Positions 50,207 through 53,124 of a DNA stretch of 53,124 bases are shown piece after piece. The stretch is from a virus, in the IMG/VR virus record IMGVR_UViG_3300014572_000006. One strand, written 5' to 3'. Numbering within the stretch: the first letter of the stretch is position 1; the number at the start of each line of letters is the position of its first letter. The notes under the pieces are model-generated. The model was not told the origin of the DNA. It worked only from the letters and a program-made list of their open reading frames with translations, and did no database searches. Made by a program: the position numbers and the translations under genes.

Positions 50207-51635
50207 TGCTCCAGTCGCTTACCAGCGGGTCATGCAGGGCCAGGGCCAGGGCGTCTCCCATATCCGGGGAGGACAGGCCGCGCTTTTTCATGGCCTCTTT
50301 CTTCTCCAGCTCTATCTTGCCTGCGCTGTTCACCACGTATTTCCGGTTGGAAAGTTGGCTTATCTGCTTATCATCGGGATATAGCTTGATGCTCTGCGTC
50401 CGCAGGGCCTCCCGGACCGCGCCCCACATAAGGCCGGTGCTGTTCTGGTAGTCGATGGGGTCATCGTCGCTGATGGTGCCGCCCTCGCCGCCGAAGTGAC
50501 ACTCCACGATGTCCAGGGAGAACGGGGGCGGGGTGTCCTCATCGTCGGCATACCGGCGGTCTCGCTGGGCCTGAACTTCCTCCACGATCTGCTCCCGCAG
50601 CTCCATGAGGCGGTCAAAGACGCCGACGCCCAGGCCGTCACAGTCGATTTTGACGTGTATCTCTGCCCAGGGCTGCTCCAGGGCATAGCGCTTGATGAGC
50701 TGGACGGCCTTGCCGCTCAGCTCCATGGTGTCGTTGTGGTGGTATATCTCCGGCTTTTCCTGGAGCTTCTTGTCCAGGACGGGGGATAGGACGCTGCTGT
50801 CATCGCCGTAGCGGGCGACGTCAATCCCGATGTCCACACGGGCCGCCCGGTCAATCTCCGGGGCCTCGGCCTCGCTTGCCCGCTCTGCCCACTCCATCGG
50901 TATGAAGCTGTCAGGCAGGGCCTTGGGGAACTCCCCGGCCACACGGACCCGAAAAACGTCGCTGTCCTCACCAAACATATCAATGATGGTGTCGATGAAC
51001 TGCTGATCTACTCGGCTGCTGTCCCGCCCATCAATGTGCATGGCGTTGTAAAGCTCGCGGGACTTGTGGTGGCTGTCATAGAAAAAGCCGGTAATCTTCG
51101 TGGGGTTCCCACACATTACCAACTTTGCGCCCTCCGTAGATAGTGCGCCGAGGACCGGCTCGAATATCTCATCTCGGACGCCGGAGGCTTCGTCGATGAT
51201 GTAGAGCACGTGCTCGGCGTGAAAGCCCTGGAGGGCGTCGGGCTTACTGGCCGTCCGGCCTACCGCGAACCACTCTTCCGGGTGGCCTCTCATGTAGACC
51301 TTTTCCTTGGTCCATATCAGCTCTTGAGACAGAGCCGGGTTACTGCGGAGCCATTTCGCAATCTCGGCCCACAGGATGTCCCATAGCTGGTGCTGGGTGG
51401 GGGCGGTGCAGGGTATCTTGGGATATGGCCTGGTAGTCAGGAACCAGATAGCAAGCCAGCTCTCCACCGCGCTCTTGCCGATGCCGTGGCCGGAGCGTAC
51501 AGAGGTCATGGGGTACTGAGCTACGCTGTTCAGGATGGCCCTCTGATTGCTGTCCGGCTTGGCCCTTATGATGTCCTCCACGAAGTCCACCGGATTGTCG
51601 GCGTAGTAGAGGATGGCGTCACTTGTCAGGTTCAT
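50199..51635 (-). CDS. terL: Terminase large subunit
   Basis: Walker A-like SGHGIGKS, YIIDEASG (Walker B) and a C-terminal nuclease region. I prefer the ATG at 51635 (MNLTSDAILYY...). Confidence 0.9.
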   Translation of the reverse strand: MNLTSDAILYYADNPVDFVEDIIRAKPDSNQRAILNSVAQYPMTSVRSGHGIGKSAVESWLAIWFLTTRPYPKIPCTAPTQHQLWDILWAEIAKWLRSNPALSQELIWTKEKVYMRGHPEEWFAVGRTASKPDALQGFHAEHVLYIIDEASGVRDEIFEPVLGALSTEGAKLVMCGNPTKITGFFYDSHHKSRELYNAMHIDGRDSSRVDQQFIDTIIDMFGEDSDVFRVRVAGEFPKALPDSFIPMEWAERASEAEAPEIDRAARVDIGIDVARYGDDSSVLSPVLDKKLQEKPEIYHHNDTMELSGKAVQLIKRYALEQPWAEIHVKIDCDGLGVGVFDRLMELREQIVEEVQAQRDRRYADDEDTPPPFSLDIVECHFGGEGGTISDDDPIDYQNSTGLMWGAVREALRTQSIKLYPDDKQISQLSNRKYVVNSAGKIELEKKEAMKKRGLSSPDMGDALALALHDPLVSDWSID

Positions 51636-52134
51636 TTTGCTGCTTCCTTCGTTCCCACGCCTCGGATATGACGGCGGCAAGGCTGCTGTCGGCCTGCTCA
51701 TTCGCCTTGCCCGGTGCGGTATCGGTCTCCAGCTCCATGCGGTTCTCACGCTCCAGCTTGGTAGCCTCCCGGATGAACGCCACAAGGTTCTTCGGGTCTA
51801 TCTCGCTGGGGTCCATGTCCTTGAGGGCCTGCAACGCCTTTTCCTGCAATTTCAGGGCGATGCTGATATGACGGTCAGCCATTTTCCGGCGCTTCTTGAC
51901 GGCCTGGGCATGGGCTTTCCTCTGGACGTCAACGTCGTATGCGGCGGTCCGCTCCACCCACTGATAGGTGCGGCTCCATCGGCCTATGAGTGTGGTACTT
52001 TTGTTTAACTGCTTAGCAACCGCCCGGATGCTGCGCTCTTCCCCCAGCTCCAGGTAGACCGAAAACGCCTCATACGCTTTGACACCCTCGCCCTCCAGAC
52101 GCTCCCACGGCTCGGTGTCTCTGTGCTTCGGCAT
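51619..52134 (-). CDS. terS: Terminase small subunit
   Basis: 171 aa with an N-terminal HTH (RSIRAVAKQLNKSTTLIGRWS), a coiled middle region, and position upstream of terL. Confidence 0.65.
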   Translation of the reverse strand: MPKHRDTEPWERLEGEGVKAYEAFSVYLELGEERSIRAVAKQLNKSTTLIGRWSRTYQWVERTAAYDVDVQRKAHAQAVKKRRKMADRHISIALKLQEKALQALKDMDPSEIDPKNLVAFIREATKLERENRMELETDTAPGKANEQADSSLAAVISEAWERRKQQNEPDK

Positions 52135-52167
52135 TCCGATCTACCCTCCTTTCGGGGCCGGTAGCCG

Positions 52168-52863
52168 TCACTTAACGGCTATCCAGCCACAGAAATTCAG
52201 GCAGCGCCAAAACATATCGACTTGCCGAAAACCGGCGGTCCGCATCATGTCCACGCTCCACTCGGCCTTGAGCGGAGACAGCACATTTTCCAGGCTGCGC
52301 CGCTTGGACATGATTTGCTCATCGGTATAGCCGTTCTCCCGCTTCATCTCGTAGTAGAGGTCCACCATCAGGTCATCCATGTTTTCACTGAGGATTTTCT
52401 CTACAAAGATGAGCGCCCCGCCGTCGGTCAGGCCGTCGTAAATCTGCTTGAGCATCCGGGGGCGGTAGGACGTCGGCATGAACTGCATGGACAGGACGGA
52501 GAGGACCAGGCTGCTCTTTTGCTCAAATGGCAAATACTCCCAAATATTCCCTTGCCGGACCGTGACGTTGACGTCTGCCCGGAAGCGCTTCTCGCAGGCT
52601 TCCACCATGGCCGGTGCGTTATCCACCAGCAGAAAGTTGTTGCTCTGGCCGTACTTCACCACGAATGGCTCCACGGCCAGGCCGGTGCTGCACCCCACGT
52701 CCACAATCAGGGTCTCCGGCTGGATGAAGCGCTCGCCCAGCTTGTAGGTAAGCGCCCGCATAGATCGGTAGTCCGGGATGCTGCGCTCAAGCATATTGGC
52801 GAAGCAGGCGGCCACTTCTCCGTTGAACTCCCATTTCTCCCCAGGGTGTACGTTGTCTCTCAT
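52168..52863 (-). CDS. cmoA: CmoA-like carboxy-S-adenosyl-L-methionine synthase homologue
   Basis: Resembles E. coli CmoA (as I recall its sequence) along the full length: WEFNGEVAACFANMLERSIPDY, VDVGCSTG, VDNAPAMVE, GGALIFVEK, KRENGYTDEQIMSKRRSLENV, AGFRQVDMFWRCLNFCGWIAVK. Confidence 0.75.
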   Translation of the reverse strand: MRDNVHPGEKWEFNGEVAACFANMLERSIPDYRSMRALTYKLGERFIQPETLIVDVGCSTGLAVEPFVVKYGQSNNFLLVDNAPAMVEACEKRFRADVNVTVRQGNIWEYLPFEQKSSLVLSVLSMQFMPTSYRPRMLKQIYDGLTDGGALIFVEKILSENMDDLMVDLYYEMKRENGYTDEQIMSKRRSLENVLSPLKAEWSVDMMRTAGFRQVDMFWRCLNFCGWIAVK

Positions 52864-53124
52864 TTTGCCTCTCCTTTCGTCGGAGGGGGCAGGCGAATAC
52901 CGAGCCGGTGCTCAAACGCTTCCCGCGCTCGCTGAGACAGTCCCATGCGTGAGCCGTCCGGGTAGGGAAGCTCAAATTCAAAGTCCAGCGCAGCGGCCAG
53001 GGCCGCAGGGTCCACAATCGGGTCTGCCGCCTCCATGTACCAGAATTTTGTTATCATCTCCAGGCGCTTCACGGTACGGAAGCACGGGGCGAAGATTGCC
53101 CGCATCTCTTCCTCGGTGTGGCCC
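52860..53124 (-). CDS. 3' part of the ParB-methyltransferase fusion ORF (continues from 1377..1 across the junction)
   Basis: In frame with the 1..1377 ORF through the 82-bp overlap. Its stop TGA overlaps the cmoA-like ATG (ATGA at 52860..52863). Confidence 0.8.
   Translation of the reverse strand, partial: GHTEEEMRAIFAPCFRTVKRLEMITKFWYMEAADPIVDPAALAAALDFEFELPYPDGSRMGLSQRAREAFEHRLGIRLPPPTKGEAK
53043..53124. repeat. Terminal overlap, identical to 1..82
   Basis: Same comparison as for 1..82. Confidence 0.95.

Larger units (their letters stand above)
1..53042. mobile_element. Complete temperate tailed-phage genome (contractile-tail type), circularly closed or circularly permuted
   Basis: Carries a full set of terminase, portal, protease, capsid, sheath, tube, tape measure, baseplate, lysis, integrase/repressor and replication/recombination genes. 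The two ends share 82 identical bp. One ORF is complete only when the ends are joined. Confidence 0.85.

Noticed and set aside
52168-52863. The CmoA-like protein as an ordinary DNA methyltransferase.
   Set aside because: Its similarity runs across the CmoA-specific N- and C-terminal segments (W.F..VA..F..M..RS.P.Y and NGY....KR..LENV...AGF....W.C.NF), not just the generic SAM-binding motifs. This still needs confirmation by a profile search.

Overview
The window is a complete, GC-rich temperate tailed-phage genome. Its ends overlap (1..82 is identical to 53043..53124), giving a unit length of 53,042 bp, so it is circularly closed or circularly permuted. Ribosome-binding sites are Firmicutes/Clostridia-style GGAGG. 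Almost all genes are on the minus strand. Reading in the direction of transcription, from high to low coordinates, the order is as follows. (1) Packaging and head: terS, terL, a portal fused to a MuF-like domain, HK97-type protease, major capsid and connector proteins. (2) Contractile tail: sheath, tube, chaperone, tape measure, then baseplate (hub, spike, PAAR, W-like, J, XkdT-like) and tail fibre. (3) A diversity-generating retroelement (avd-TR-RT-target). (4) Lysis genes: LL-H holin and an amidase/SH3 endolysin. (5) A short plus-strand lysogeny module: CI-like repressor, nuclease-like accessory gene, Zn-ribbon ORF, tyrosine integrase. (6) A long early block: HTH regulators, DUF2786 protein, a sigma region-2 fragment, a RecT-like protein, a fused SbcD-SbcC protein, a DnaD-like protein, a SleB-like hydrolase, Gp37/Gp68, RecU and a late regulator. 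Two items look most novel. First, the DGR has a second, remote variable region inside a cytoplasmic protein that carries a MazG-like C-terminal domain, located in the early block. Second, a tight operon straddles the circular junction just upstream of terS: two ParB-like paralogues, a ParB-methyltransferase fusion, and a translationally coupled CmoA (carboxy-SAM synthase) homologue. This is a candidate carboxy-SAM-dependent DNA modification module. Other observations are a candidate antisense sRNA unit, several regulatory repeat sets, a long structured early leader, and a possible +1 frameshift in the tail chaperone. All family assignments come from motif recognition by eye and memory; no database search was run. 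I recognised no rRNA, tRNA or CRISPR array.
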